Shown here in pieces: positions 11,570 through 24,878 of a stretch of DNA of 64,000 nt. The notes below the pieces were generated by a model. It saw only the letters and a program-made list of their open reading frames with translations. It did no database searches and was not told where the DNA came from. The translations under genes were made by a program, and so were the position numbers. Numbering within the stretch: the stretch's first letter is position 1; every line of letters begins with the position of its first letter. Source of the stretch: Mustelus asterias (Eukaryota); the NCBI RefSeq assembly GCF_964213995.1, contig NC_135808.1:23064001-23128000 (forward strand), read 5' to 3'.

Positions 11570-14500
11570 AAAAGGAAGGTCAGGTACTAGAGAGTACCCC
11601 AGTGGCTGTGCCCCTTAAAAATAAGCACTCCTGTTTGAGTGCTGTTGAGGGGAGCAGCCTACCTGGGGGAAGCAATAGTGGCCGTGCCTCCGGCGCAGAG
11701 TCCGGCCCGGCAGCTCAGAAGGGTAGGGGAAGGGAGGATGAGCAAACTAACCGCCGCACCAAGGTACAGGGAGCTATCCAAGTGGGGGGAGAAACAAGAA
11801 ATGTAGTAGAAATTGGGGACAGTACACTTTTGGATGCCTTTGGGGGGGGGGGGGGGAGACTGAGCAGGGGTAAGCCATAGTGTACAGGTCGCTGACTCAG
11901 AGTCTGTCCTTGTGGCTCAGAAGGGAAGGGGGGAGAGGTGTAGAGGATTAGTCATTGGGGACTCCATAGTTGAAGGGACGGACAAGAGATTCTGCGGGAA
12001 CGAGAGAGACTCGCGGTTGGTGTGTTGCCTCCCAGGAGCCAGAGTCCACGATGTCTCGGATCGTGTTTTCGAAATCCTTAAGGGGGAGGGGGACCTGCCC
12101 CAAGTTGTGGTTCACATAGGTACTCAAGACATAGGTAGGAAAAGGGGTGGGGATGTAAGGCAGAAATTCAGGGAGTTAGGGTGGAAGCTTAGGGCTAGAA
12201 CAAACAAAGTTGTTATCTCTGGTTTGTTACCCGTGCCACGTGATAGTGAGGAGAGGAATAGGGAAAGAGAGCAGTTGAACACGTGGTTACAGGGATGGTG
12301 CAGGAGGGAAGGTTTCAGATCCCTGGACAATTGGGGCTCTTTCTGGGGTAGGTGGGACCTCTACAAACAGGATGGTCTGCACCTGAACCAGAGGTGTACC
12401 AATATCTTGGGGGAGAAAATTTGCTAATGCTCTTCGGGAGGGTTTAAAGTAATTCAGCAGGGGGGTGGGTACCTGAATTGTAGCTCTGGTGTGCAGGAAG
12501 TTATGATGTGGAGATGCCGGCGTTGGACTGGGGTAAACACAATAAGAAGTTTAACAACACCAGGTTAACCTGGTGTTGTTAAACTTCTTACTGTGCAGGA
12601 AGTTGACAGTAGTGAGGTCATGAATGAGGTTTCAGGGTCGCAGGAGTGTACTAGCAGGCAGGAAGGTGGTTTGAAGTGTATATACTTCAACGCCAGGAGA
12701 ATCCGGAATAAGGTGGGTGAACTTGCAGCATGGGTTGCTACCTGGGATTTCGATGTTATGGCCATCTCGGAGACATGGATAGAGCAGGGACAGGAATAGT
12801 TTTTGCAGGTTCCAGGGTTTAGATGTTTCAGTAAGTGCAGGGAAGGTGGTAAAAGAGGGGGAGGTGTGGCATTGTTAGTCAAGGACAGTATTACGGTGGC
12901 AGAAAGGACATTGAGGAGGACTCGTCTACTGAGGTAGTTTGGTCTGAGGTTAGAAACAGGAAAGGAGAGGTCACCCTGTTGGGAGATTTTTATAGATCTC
13001 TGAAAAGTTCCAGAGATGTACAGGAAAAGATTGCAAAGATGATTCTGGATAGGAGCGAAAGTAACAGGGTAGTTGTACTGGGGGACTTTAACTTTACAAA
13101 TATTGACTGGAAAAGCTATAGTTCGAGAATTTTGGAGGGGTCGGTTTTTGTCCAATGTGTGCAGGAAGGCTTCCTGACACAGAATGTAGAAAGACCAACA
13201 AGAGGCGAGGCCACATTGGATTTGGTACTGGGTAATGAAACAGGCCAGGTGTTAGATTTGGAGGTAGGTAAGCACTTTAGTGACAGTGACCGCAATTCGA
13301 TTACGTTTACCTTAGCTATGGAAAAGGATAGGTATATACCAAAGGGCAAGAGTTATAGCTGGGGGAAAGGAAATTATGATGCGGTTTGGGGAGATTTAGC
13401 TGGCATAGGGGAAGGAAACTGCAGGGGATGGGCACAATTGTAATGTGGAACTTGTTCAAGGAACAGCTACTACACGTCCTTGATAAATATGTACCTGTCA
13501 GGCAGGGAGGAAACAGACGTGTGAGGGAACTGTGGTTTACTAAGGAGATTGAATCTCTTGTGAAGAGGAAGAAGGAGACTTATGTTAAGATGAGACATAA
13601 AGGCTCAGTTAGGGAGCTTGAGAGTTACAAGTTAGCCAGGAAGGACCTAAAGAAAGAGTTAAGAAGAGCCAGGAGCGGACATGAGAAGTCTTTGGCAGGT
13701 AGGATCAAGGAAAACCCGAAAGCTTTCTATAGGTATGTCAGGAGTAAAAGAATGACGAGGGTAAGATTAGGGCCAGTCAAGGACAGGAGTGGGAAGTTGT
13801 GCGTGGAGTCTGAAGAGATAGGAGAGGCACTAAATGAATATTTTTCGTCAGTATTCACACTGGAGAGGGACAGTGTCGAGAGGAGTACTGAGATGCAGGC
13901 TGTTGGACTGGATGGGATTGAGGTTCATAAGGAGGAGGTGTTAGCAATTCTGGATAGGGTAAAAATATATAAGTCCCCTGGGCCGGATGGGATTTATCCT
14001 AGGATTCTCTGGGAGGCTAGGGGGGAGATTGCAGAGCCTTTGGCTTTGATCTTTGGGTCGTCATTGTCTACTGGAACAGTGCCAGAAGACTGGAGGATAG
14101 CAAATGTTGTCCCCTTGTTCAAAAAGGGGAGGAGGGACAACCCTGGTAATTATAGACCAGTGAGCCTTACTTCTGTTGTGGGCAAAGTATTGGAAAGGAT
14201 TATAAGAGATAGGATTTATAATCACATAGAAAGGAATAATTTGATTTGGGATAGTCAGCACGGTTTTGTGAAGGGTAGGTCGTGCCTCACAAACCTTATT
14301 GAGTTCTTTGAGAAGGTGACCAAAGAGGTGGATGAGGGTAAAGCGGTTGATGTGGTGTATATGGATTTCAGCAAAGCGTTTGATTAGGTTCCCCATGGTA
14401 AGCTTTTGCAGAAAATACGGACACATGGGATTGAGGGTGATTTACTGGTTTGGATCAGGAATTGGCGAGCTGTAAGAAAACAGAGGGTGGTGGTTGATGG

Positions 14501-15520
14501 GAAATATTCATCCTGGAGTTCAGGTACCAGTGGTGTACCGCAAGGATCTGTTTTGGGGCCACTGTTGTTTGTCATTTTTATTAATGACTTGGATGAGGGT
14601 GCAGAAGGATGGGTTAGTAAATTTGCGGATGACACTAAAGTCGGTGGAGTTGTAGACAGTGTGGAGGGAAGTGGCAGGTTACAAAGGGACATAGATAAGC
14701 TGCAGAGCTGGGCTGAGAGCTGACAAATGCAGTTTAATGCAGAAAAGTGCGAAGTGATTCACTTTGGGAGGAGTAATAGGAATACAGAGTACTGGGCTAA
14801 TGGTAAGATACTTGGTAGTGTGGATGAACAGAGGGATCTGGGTGTCCATGTGCATAGATCCCTGAAAGTTGGCACCCAGGTTGATAGGGTTGTTAAGAAG
14901 GCGTACGGTGTGTTAGCTTTTATTGGGAGAGGGATTGAGTTTCGAAACCAGGAGGTCATGTTGCAATTGCACAAAACTCTGGTGTGGCCGCACTTGGAGT
15001 ATTGCGTACAGTTCTGGTCACTGCATTATAGGAAGGATGTGGAAGTGTTGGAAAGGGTGCAGAGGAGATTTACCAGGATGTTGCCTGGTATGGTGGGAAA
15101 ATCCTATGAGGAAAGGCTGAGGGGCTTGAGGTTGTTTTCGTCAGAGAGAAAAAGGTTAAGAGATGACTTAATAGAGGCATACAAGATGATCAGAGGATTA
15201 GATAGGGTGGATAGTGAGAGCCTTTTTCCTCGGATGGTGATGGCCAACATGAGGGGACATATCTTTAAATTGAGGGGTGAGAGATATAGGACAGATGTTA
15301 GAGGTAGGTTCTTTACTCAGAGAGTAGTAAGGGCGTGGAATGCCCTGCATGTAGCAGTAGTGGACTCGTCAACATTAAGAGCATTCAAATGGTTATTGGA
15401 TAAACATATGGATGATATTGGAATAGTTTAGATTAGAGGGACTTTAGATTGGTTTCACTGGTTGGCGCAACATCGAGGGCCGAAGGGCCTGTACTGTGCT
15501 GTAATTTTCTATGTTCTATG
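11570..15520 (+). mobile_element. Near full-length CR1 LINE (ORF1 SGNH-esterase; ORF2 APE endonuclease + RT), inactivated
   Basis: ORF1 GDS / VVVHIGT / DGLHLN; APE ISETW, GDFN, LDLVL; [42 protein letters not shown]; several stops and frameshifts; (ttctatg)n tail. Confidence 0.96.
12503..12591 (-). mobile_element. Minimal PLE family A fold-back insertion (89 bp)
   Basis: PLE tail plus perfect palindrome TAAGAAGTTTAACAACACCAGGTTAACCTGGTGTTGTTAAACTTCTTA; 13-bp TSD TGTGCAGGAAGTT at 12490-12502 and 12592-12604. Confidence 0.9.
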
Positions 15521-15876
15521 ATGGTGCTTCTCAAAGGTCCGAGTATTCTTTGAGATGGTAACAGACATGATGATGGGAAAACGTGGTGGATATGTGCAGC
15601 TGGATTTTAGAAAAATGTTCCCACACAGGGATTATCAGTTAAGATTAAATGAGTACTTTGCGCATCTCTTTAACTGGATCACAATGTTCTTGTATCATTG
15701 CAGCCTCTCATTCCAGATTAAAACCTGGAAGATGCATGAAGGTGACAATAAGTAACCTTTGCGGTCTTGTCCAGTTCCACCTCCCCAAGCTGTAATTCCT
15801 GATTTTGATAACCCACCACACAGGTGTGTGACGCATGTCCTGTAGTTCCATGTGGAATTTGGGCTGCCAGCTGAGT

Positions 15877-16170
15877 AGAGGTATTGCAACAGGACTAGTA
15901 ATCCAGAGACACAGGATAAATTTCTGGGAACCGAGATTTGAATCCCACCAAGACAGAGGGTGGAATTTGACCTCAAGAAAAAATAAAATCTGGAATTAAA
16001 AGTCTAATGATGACCATGAAACCATTATTAATTGTTGTAAAAACCCATCTTGTTCACTGCTGTCGTTTAGGGAAGGAAATCTGCCATCCTTACCTGGTCT
16101 GGCCTGCATGTGACTCCAGACCCACAGCAATGTGGTTGTCTCTTAAATGTCTTTGGAAATGACCCAGCAG
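15877..16170 (+). mobile_element. Second SINE-like family (tRNA-like head), partial
   Basis: B-box-like gagatttgaatccc; body recurs near 26410-26525 and 62470-62560. Confidence 0.55.
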
Positions 16171-16382
16171 GATCTAGGTGGAGGGCGTGCAATGTTCATC
16201 TACCCACTTCAGCTGCATCACTGTAGCTTGTCACCAGGTGGTTCCACTGCGGCATCCTCTTTGACAGAGCTGCCTTGGGCTCAGCACACTGTGGGGGGAG
16301 CTGATTAAGATCCAGCAGAGGGAGTGTCTGCTGGGTAGTTGTTTATAGAGCTGGCCAATTAAGATGCCGTGTCCAGCACCCA

Positions 16383-17101
16383 ATGTGGGAGTTGGGTGGA
16401 TCTGATGTGTTTTGTTGGGGGTGCTCCAGCTCTGCTGGGTTTGCCTCACTCTAAAGTGATGTATTTCTTTCTCATCCCCAGTGCGGGCCAGGCAGTGTAA
16501 TCCAGAGGTACCAGTCCCTGAGAACAGCAGTGGACAAGAGAATGAGGGAAGATCTGCTGTCATCGAGCTGACAGCGACCAACTGATTCAAGTTCCATATT
16601 TGTGACTCTGTAAATGGAACTGTGGTCATGGTTTGTCAGGAATTCCTCTATCTGGAGCTGCACATTTAAAGCTATTCTGATCTGCCCTATCATCCTGCAC
16701 AAACTTGAGGAACCTGTCTCGTTCACTGCAAACTCAGTCACCTGTTTCTGCAATCTGTCACTTTGCTGCAATGCCTTTCACTTCCTGCCTCTGTGAAGCC
16801 TTCAATACAAAACTAATATTGCTGGGGTAGGGTAACACCACTGCAGTGCAGAACATTTCAAGACATGGGCGGCATGGTGGCACAGTGGTTAGTACTGCTG
16901 CCTCACAGTGCCAGGGTCCTGGGTTCAATTCCCAGCTTGGGTCACTGTCTGTGTGGAGTTTGCACATTCTCCGCGTGTCTGTGTGGGTTTCCTCCGGATG
17001 CTCCAGTTTCCTCCCACAGTCCAAAGATGCGCAGTTGAGATGGATTGGCAATGCTACAATTGCCCCTTAGTGTCAGGGGGACTAGCTAGGGTAAATGCAT
17101 G
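16383..17101 (+). repeat. Local duplication, copy 2 (includes SINE 16867-17101, 3'-truncated)
   Basis: Collinear with 10685-11404. Confidence 0.92.
16482..16585 (+). CDS. Candidate terminal cytoplasmic-tail exon, copy 2: (V)RARQCNPEVPVPENSSGQENEGRSAVIELTATN*
   Basis: Acceptor atttctttctcatccccag; same 104-nt length, phase and stop as copy 1. Confidence 0.45.
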
Positions 17102-18197
17102 TTGAATTCAGAACAGCTTGTGGATGCGGCCCTGTGCGTCCGCTGAGGGGAATGGTCTGGCCCGTTAAGCAATAGCTCTGAGTTGAGTTTGATTGCACTG
17201 TGCAACTGCTGCGATTCGAGCTCCAAGTAGAGTTGACATCAGCAGGTGAATAGTCGATTTTGTGAATCCAGTATTCCATTGTTTAGTGGCGAATTTCCCA
17301 GTTTTTTATTGAGCTGCATTCCTTGTTGACTTGGCTGACTTCCACAGTCAGAGAGAGAGATTTGAGATATACCTGTAAAAGGGCCACTGTAGTGTGTGAT
17401 CACCCCCATGAACATAGAACATAGAACATTTCAGCACAGAAACAGGCCTTTTGGCCCTTTTTGCCTGTGCCGAACCATTTTTGTGCCTAGTCCCACTGAC
17501 CTGCACCTGGACCATATCCCTCCACACCCCTCTCATCCATGTACCTGTCCAAGTTTTTCTTAAATGTTAAAAGTGCATTCACCACCTCATCTGGCAGCTC
17601 ATTCCAAACTCCCACCACTCTGTGCGAAGAAGCCCCCCCTAATATTCCCTTTAAACTTTTCCCCCCTCACTCTTAACCCATGTCCTCTAGTTATTTTCTC
17701 CCCTAGCCTCAGTGGAAAAAACCTGCTTGCATTCACTCTATGGATACCAATCATAATTTTATACACCTCTATCAAATCTCCCCTCATTCCTCTATGCTCC
17801 AGGGAATAAAGTCCTAACCTATTCAACTTTTCTCTGTAACTCAGTTTCTCAAGTCCCGGCAACATCCTTGTAAACCTTCTCTGCACTCTTTCAACCTTAT
17901 TAATATCCTTCCTGTAATTAGGTGACCAAAACTGCACATAATACTCTAAATTCGGCCTCACCAATGTCTTATACAACTTCACCATAACATTCCAACTCCT
18001 ATATTCAATACTTTGATTTATAAAGGCCAATGTACCAAAAGCACTCTTTACGACCCTATCTACCTGTGATGCCACTTTTAGGGAATTATGTATCTGTATT
18101 CCCAGATCTCTCTGTTCTACTGCACTCTTCAGTGTCCTACCATTTACCTTGTATCTTCTACCTTGGTTTGTCCTTCCAAAGTGCAATACCTCACACT

Positions 18198-20593
18198 TAG
18201 AACATAGAACATTACAGCGCAGTACAGGCCCTTCGGCCCTCGATGTTGCGCTGACCAGTGAAACCAATCTAAAGCCCATCTAATCTACACTATTCCAATA
18301 TCATCCATATGTTTATCCAATAACCATTTGAATTCTCTTAATGTTGGCGAGTCCACTACTGCTGCAGGCAGGGCATTCCACGCCCTGACTACTCTCTGAC
18401 TAAAGAACCTACCTCGAAAATATGTCCTATATCTCTCACCCCTCAATTTAAAGCTATGTCCCCTCGTGTTAGCCATCACCACCCGAGGAAAAAGGCTCTC
18501 ACTATCCACCCTATCTAATCCTCTGATCATCTTGTATGCCTCTATTAAGTCACATCTTAACCTTCTTCTCTCTAACAAAAACAACCTCAAGTCCCTCAGT
18601 CTTTCCGCACACGATCTTCCCACCATACCAGGCAACATCCTGGTAAATCTCCTCTGCACACTTTCCAACACTTCCATGTCTTTCCTATAATGTGGCGACC
18701 AGAACTGTACGCAATACTCCAAGTGCGGCCGCACCAGAGTTTTGTATAGTTGCAGCATGACTTCATAGCTCCGAAACTCAATCCCTCTCCCAATAAAAGC
18801 TAACACACCGTACGCCTTCTTAACAACCCTATCAACCTGGGTGCCAACTTTCAGGGATCTATGCAGATGGACACCCAGATCCCTCTGTTCATCCACACTA
18901 CCAAGTATCTTACCATTAGCCCAGTACTCTGTATTCCTGTTACTCCTTCCAAAGTGAATCACCTCACACTTTTCCGCATTAAGCTCCATTTGCCACCTCT
19001 CAGCCCAACTCTGCAGCTTATCCATGTCCCTCTGTAACCTGCCACTTCCCTCCGCACTGTCTACAACTCCACCAACTTTAATGTCATCCGCAAATTTACT
19101 AATCCATCCTTCTACGCCCTCATACAGGTCATTTATAAAAATGACAAACAGCAGTGGCCCCAAAACAGATCCTTGTGGTACACCACTAGTAACTGAACTC
19201 CAGGATGAATATTTCCCATCAACCACCACACTCTGTTTTCTTACAGCAAGCCAATTCCTGATCCAAACCACTAAATCACCCTCAATCCCATGTGTCCGTA
19301 TTTTCTGCAACAGCTTACCATGGGGAACCTTATCATATGCTTTGCTGAAATCCATATACACCACATCAACCACTTTACCCTCATCCACCTCTTTGGTCAC
19401 CTTCTCAAAGAACTCAATAAGGTTTGTGAGGCACGACCTACCCTTCAAAAAATCGTGCTAACTATCCCTCATCAAATTATTCCTTTCTTGGTGATTATAA
19501 ATCCTATCTCTTATAATCCTTTCCAAAACTTTGCCCACAACAGAAGTAAGGCTCACCGGTCTATAATTACCAGGGTTGTCCCTACTCCCCTTCTTGAACA
19601 AGATTTTCTATCCTCCAGTCTTCTGGCACTGTTCCTGTAGACAATGACGACACAAAGATCAAAGCCAAAGGCTCAGCAATCTCCTCTCTAGCCTCCCAGA
19701 GAATCCTAGGATAAATCCCATCTGGCCCAGGGGACTTATTTATTTTTACCCTTTCCAGAATTGCTAACACCTCCTCCTTATGAACCTCAATCCCGTCCAG
19801 GCCAACAACCTGCATCTCAGTACTCCCCTCGACAACACTATCCTTCTCCTGTGTGAATACCGACGAAAAATATTGATTTAGTGCCCCTCCTAGCTCTTCA
19901 GACTCCATGCACAACCTTTGACAAGGTTCCGCATGGGAGGTTAGTCAGGAAGGTTCAGTAGCTAGGTATACATGGAGGGGTAGTAAATTGGATTAGACAT
20001 TGGCTCAATGGAAGAAGCCAGAGAGTGGGAGTGGAGGATTGCGTCTCTGAGTGGAGGCCTGTGACTAGTGGTGTGCCACAGGGATCAGTGCTGGGTCCAT
20101 TGTTGTTTGTCATCTATATCAATGATCTGGATGATAATGTGGTAAATTGGATCAGGACGTTTGCTGATGATACAAAGATTGGCTGTCCTTGACTGGCCCT
20201 AATCTTACCCTAGTCATTTCTTTTACTCCTGACATACCTATAGAAAGCTTTAGGGTTTTCCTTGATCCTACCTGCCAAAGACTTCTTATGTCCCCTCCTG
20301 GCTCCTCTTAACTCTTTTTCTTTAGGTCCTTCCTGTCTAACTTGTAACTCTCAAGCGCCCTAACTGAGCCTTCACGTCTCATCTTAACATAAGTCTCCTT
20401 CTTCCTCTTCACAAGAGATTCAACCTCTTTAGTAAACCACGGTTCCTTCACACGACTGCTTGCTCCCTGCCTGACAGGTACATATTTATCGAGGACGCGT
20501 AGTAGCTGTTCCTCGAACAAGCTCCACATTACAATTGTGCCCATCCCCTGCAGTTTCCTTCCCCAACCTATGCCACCTAAATATTGTCTGATT
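18198..20593 (-). mobile_element. CR1 LINE, subfamily A (nested, 5'-truncated)
   Basis: 387-aa RT ORF 18285..19448 is nearly the same as the CR1 at 11570-15520; tail agaacatagaac at 18198. Confidence 0.92.
19916..20182 (+). repeat. Inverted copy of the neighbouring CR1-B segment (~20700-20967) inserted in CR1-A
   Basis: Reverse complement of ~20700-20967 with few mismatches, sharing ATCAGGACGTTTGCT. Confidence 0.85.
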
Positions 20594-22921
20594 AACTTGT
20601 CTGCATTAAACTGCATCTGCCATTTTTCAGCCCATTTTTCTAGCTGGTCCAAATCCCTCTGCAAGCTTTGAAAGCCTTCTTCACTGTCCACTACACCTCC
20701 AATCTTTGTATCATCAGCAAACGTCCTGATCCAATTTACCACATTATCATCCAGATCATTGATATAGATGACAAACAACAATGGACCCAGCACTTATCCC
20801 TGTGGCACACCACTAGTCACAGACCTCCACTCAGAGAAGCAATCCTCCACTACCACTCTCTGGCTTCTTCCATTGAGCCAATGTCTAATCCAATTTACTA
20901 CCTCTCCATGTACACCTAGCGACTGAACCTTCCTGACTAACCTCCCATGCGGAACCTTGTCAAAGGCCTTGCTGAAATCCAGGTAGACAACATCCACTGC
21001 CTTCCCTTATCCACTTTCTTGGTAACCTCCTCGAAAAACTCTAATAGATTGGTTAAACATGACCTACCACGCACAAAGCCATGTTGCCTCTCCCTAATAA
21101 GTCCCTGTCTATCCAAATATTTGTAGATCCTATCTCTTAATACTCCTTCCAATAATTTACCTGCTACTGACGTCAAACCTACCGGCCTATAATTTCCCGC
21201 ATTACTTTTTGAACCTTTTTTAAACAATGGAACAACATGAGCTATCCTCCAATCATCCGGCACCTCACCTGTGGATACCGACATTTTAAATATATCTGCC
21301 AGGGCCCCTGCAATTTCAACACTAGTCTCCTTCAAGGTCCGAGGGAATACCCTGTCCGGTCCTGGGGATTTATCTACTCTGATTTGTCTCAAGACAGCAA
21401 GCACCTCCTCCCCTTTAATCTGTATAGGTTCCATGACCTCCCTACTTGTTTGCCTTATTTCCATAGACTCCATGCCAGTTTCCTTAGTAAATACGGATGC
21501 AAAAAACCCACTTAATATCTCCCCCATTTCTTTTGGTTCCATACATAGCCGACCACTCTGATCTTCAAGAGGACCAATTTTATCCCTTACTATCCTTTTG
21601 CTCTTAATATACCTGTAGAAGCACTTAGGATTATCCTTCACCTTGTCTGCCAAAGCAACCTCATGTCTTCTTTTAGGCTTCCTGATTTCTTTCTTAAGTA
21701 GTTTCTTGCACTTTTTATACTCCTCAAGCATCTTATTTGCTCCCTGTTGCCTATACATGTCATACATCTCTCTCTTCTTCTTTATCAGAGTTCCAATATC
21801 CCTCGAGAACCAAGGTTCCTTATTCTTATTCACTTTGCCTTTAATCCTGACAGGACCATACAAACTCTGCACTCTCAAAATTTCACCTTTACAGGCCTCC
21901 CACTTACCATTCACATCCTTGCCAGGGAACAGCCTGTCCCAATCCATGACTTGCATGGGGAATCAGTCATTGACCTCCCAGTAGGACTCATTGAATATGA
22001 GCTCCCTGGGAATTGGTAATTAACCAACCAGATTTAATTTACTTAAAGGCTGCTGGTTTAGGTCAGAATCTGGCTTTTACTCTACATTTGAACGTGTAAA
22101 AGATCTATGAGTTGAATTTCCACTTGGACCCACATTCCCTAATTTACTGTCGCACTCAGACTGAAGCCTCACCTGACTGATCATGCATTTCTAACTTCAC
22201 ACATAACAGAATGACACATCCAATCACACTTGCATTAATATCCTAACATTTCTAGCCATGGCGGGGAGGTGGAGGAGGGGGAGTTAGGGGACCTCTTGTG
22301 GAGTCTTTGCTTCCACCCCAATGCACGGTCCCAGGGCCTTTGGTAACGGCCAGCCTGTGACCTGTCATTTTAAAGAAATCAGACTCAAGGGCAAAGACAC
22401 CACCAAGCGTAAGTGAGCAAATTAATCTATATTTTCCTTTCTCTAAAATATACATCAATACCAAATTACACCCATGACGATTTATGCTAATTTGGTGGTG
22501 TGTGTGTTGTGTGTATGTTTCCTAACACTACATCTCATTCTCAATCATTTTCCTCACAAACATCCCATTAGTTTCCATCTGATCCCATCCCTGAGCCCTG
22601 GAGATTATTGACTGTCCAATATAACATTTTCTGTTTTGACATTGAATTTGATTTCTGGCACTAACATGTTTGCTCCTTAACTCAGGTAACATCTCATTAC
22701 TTCAGCAGAAGACTATATGAAACTGATATTTTCCAAATCATCTCAAATTCAGATAGCCCCATGTATCGTTTATTTCTTAACATTCATAGAAAGGAGCTAA
22801 CGTGTATTTTAATTCCCAGCAAATTTCTCCTTGAGCATTTTAAAGTATTAATTCACATGTATTAAATTCATGAATTCCAATTTCTTCTGTTGTTTTTTCA
22901 TGTTTCTTTAAATGAGTGTAT

Positions 22922-23131
22922 GGGGCAGCGTGGTGAACAGCACTGCTGCCTCACAGTGCCAGTTACCCGGGTTCGATTCCCGGCTTGGGTCACTGTCTGC
23001 GCGGAATCTGTGCGTTCTCCCCGTGTGTGCATGGGTTTCCTCTGGGTGTGCAAAAGATGTGCTGGTTAGGTTCATTGGCCATGCTAAATTCCCCCTCAGT
23101 GTCCGCAAACAGGCACTGGAGTGTGGCGACA
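22922..23131 (+). mobile_element. V-SINE-like SINE (variant 3' end), diverged
   Basis: tRNA head with ggttcgattcc, followed by core. Confidence 0.8.
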
Positions 23132-24304
23132 AAGATTCTGATAGTAGATTCTGAAAGCCATGATAGTATTAAATGGTGTAGCAGACTCGAGGGGCTGAAT
23201 AGTCTGCTCCTGCCCCTAATTCTTATGTCATTATGTTTTTATATTATCATCTCACATCTTATCAATTTGATTCTGAGATGTTGCAGTTCTCTTTATTATG
23301 GATGTCAAATCTACTGAGAAGTTTTGGACCCAGCTCATTGCCTTCAGTGTTTTTTCATGCAACGCAAAGGTGAGTGTATTGGGAGGGAGTTGGACTGAAA
23401 TGCAGGAGGATTATGCTTCGCGATACTACCTCCGAGCTATTAGTCCCGATATCTGAGGAAGGATGCTAATGCGAAAGAAGCATTTTAGAAAATGTATGAA
23501 CATGTACTGGAAGCATTAGACTATCCCCTATCCCGATGGACTGGTGGGTTTGAAACAAAATGATTGGCACAATACTGTTCCCTGCTTCTTTTAAAGTATT
23601 AGTGCTGATACAGTATGTGTAGATTTAAGTGATTCCAATAGGTGTTGGGTTGGACATGTGAAGGTATGGGGGCGGAGGATGCTGGGGGCCGAGGCCAGTT
23701 AATATTTCATTCCAAATTCCCGATGTTTTCCACGTTTAAAACTTGGTCAGTGCTCTCATTCCTCACATATTTTAACATAAGTGCATGTGGGATCATAGGA
23801 ACATCGGCACAGCAGTAGGCCATTCGGCCTGCTCCGCCATTCAATAAAACCGGACACGTCAATATATTTTACACGTTATGTCGGTATAGCGCGCAAGAAA
23901 CAATACTTTTCACTGCATACAGATATATGAGTCAAAATCAAATCAAACATACTAACCCCAAACCCTTCCGATATGTTAATGGGAAACATATTCAACTCTT
24001 CCATAAAAATACTCAATTTTCCTGCCCGACTGCAGAATGCGGCCATGACACTATGTCGTTTTGCAATTTTAATTCTGTTACGTTGTTTCCTCGCTCTGTC
24101 AGAGAGGAAATACCGGAACCCATAACACCTTCTTTCTTAACACTGATCCACGCCCAGTATTTTTTTCACATTTCGGTCTTTGCTGTCAGCTGGAACAACA
24201 CAGGCTACTTTGTACAAGCACATCGAGCAGGGCAGATTCTAATCTCGATATTTCACGCTCTTGGACTGTTAGTTGCAGCATTTCCAAACTCCATTCGCAA
24301 CAAT

Positions 24305-24878
24305 GGGCGGCAAGGCGGCACAGTGGTTAGCACTGCTGCGTCACGGTGGTTAGCACTGCTGCGTCACGGTGGTGAGCACTGCTGCGTCACGGTGGTTAGC
24401 ACTGCTGCGTCACGGTGGTTATCACTGCTGCGTCACGGTGGTGAGCACTGCTGCGTCACGGTGGTTAGCACTGCTGCGTCACAGTGGTGAGCACTGCTGC
24501 GTCACGGTGGTGAGCACTGCTGCGTCACGGTGGTGAGCACTGCTGCGTCACGGTGGTTAGCACTGCTGCGTCACGGTGGTTAGGCACTGCTGCGTCACGG
24601 TGCTAGGGACCCGGATTCAAAATCCCGTTTGGGTCACTGTCTGTGTGGGGACTGTACAATCTCCCCGAGCCGGCATCGGTTTCCTCCTGGCGCTCCGGTT
24701 TCCTCCCACAGTCCAACAATGTGCGGGTTAGGTGGATTGGTCATGCTAAATTGCTCCTTAGTGTCAGGGAAACTAGCTAGCTTAAGTGCATGGGTTTAAG
24801 GGAATAGGACCTGGGTAGGATTATGGTCGGTGCAGACTCGATGGGCCGAATGGCCTCCTTTATTATAGGGATTCTATG
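24305..24878 (+). mobile_element. HE1/V-SINE-like SINE with an internal tandem array
   Basis: Normal head, core and tail; 24319-24595 is 12 copies of a 23-bp unit CACGGTGGT[T/G]AGCACTGCTGCGT. Confidence 0.9.

Larger units (their letters stand above)
17411..21950 (-). mobile_element. CR1 LINE, subfamily B (outer element, 5'-truncated), split at ADK|CEV by a nested CR1
   Basis: ORF2 motifs in ORFs 20937..21956, 20794..20997 and 17599..18279; (catagaa)n tail at 17411. Confidence 0.9.

Noticed and set aside
24319-24595. CRISPR-like regular repeats (also 5458-6795 and 54560-55003)
   Set aside because: Head-to-tail units with no unique spacers, no cas genes, and a vertebrate context
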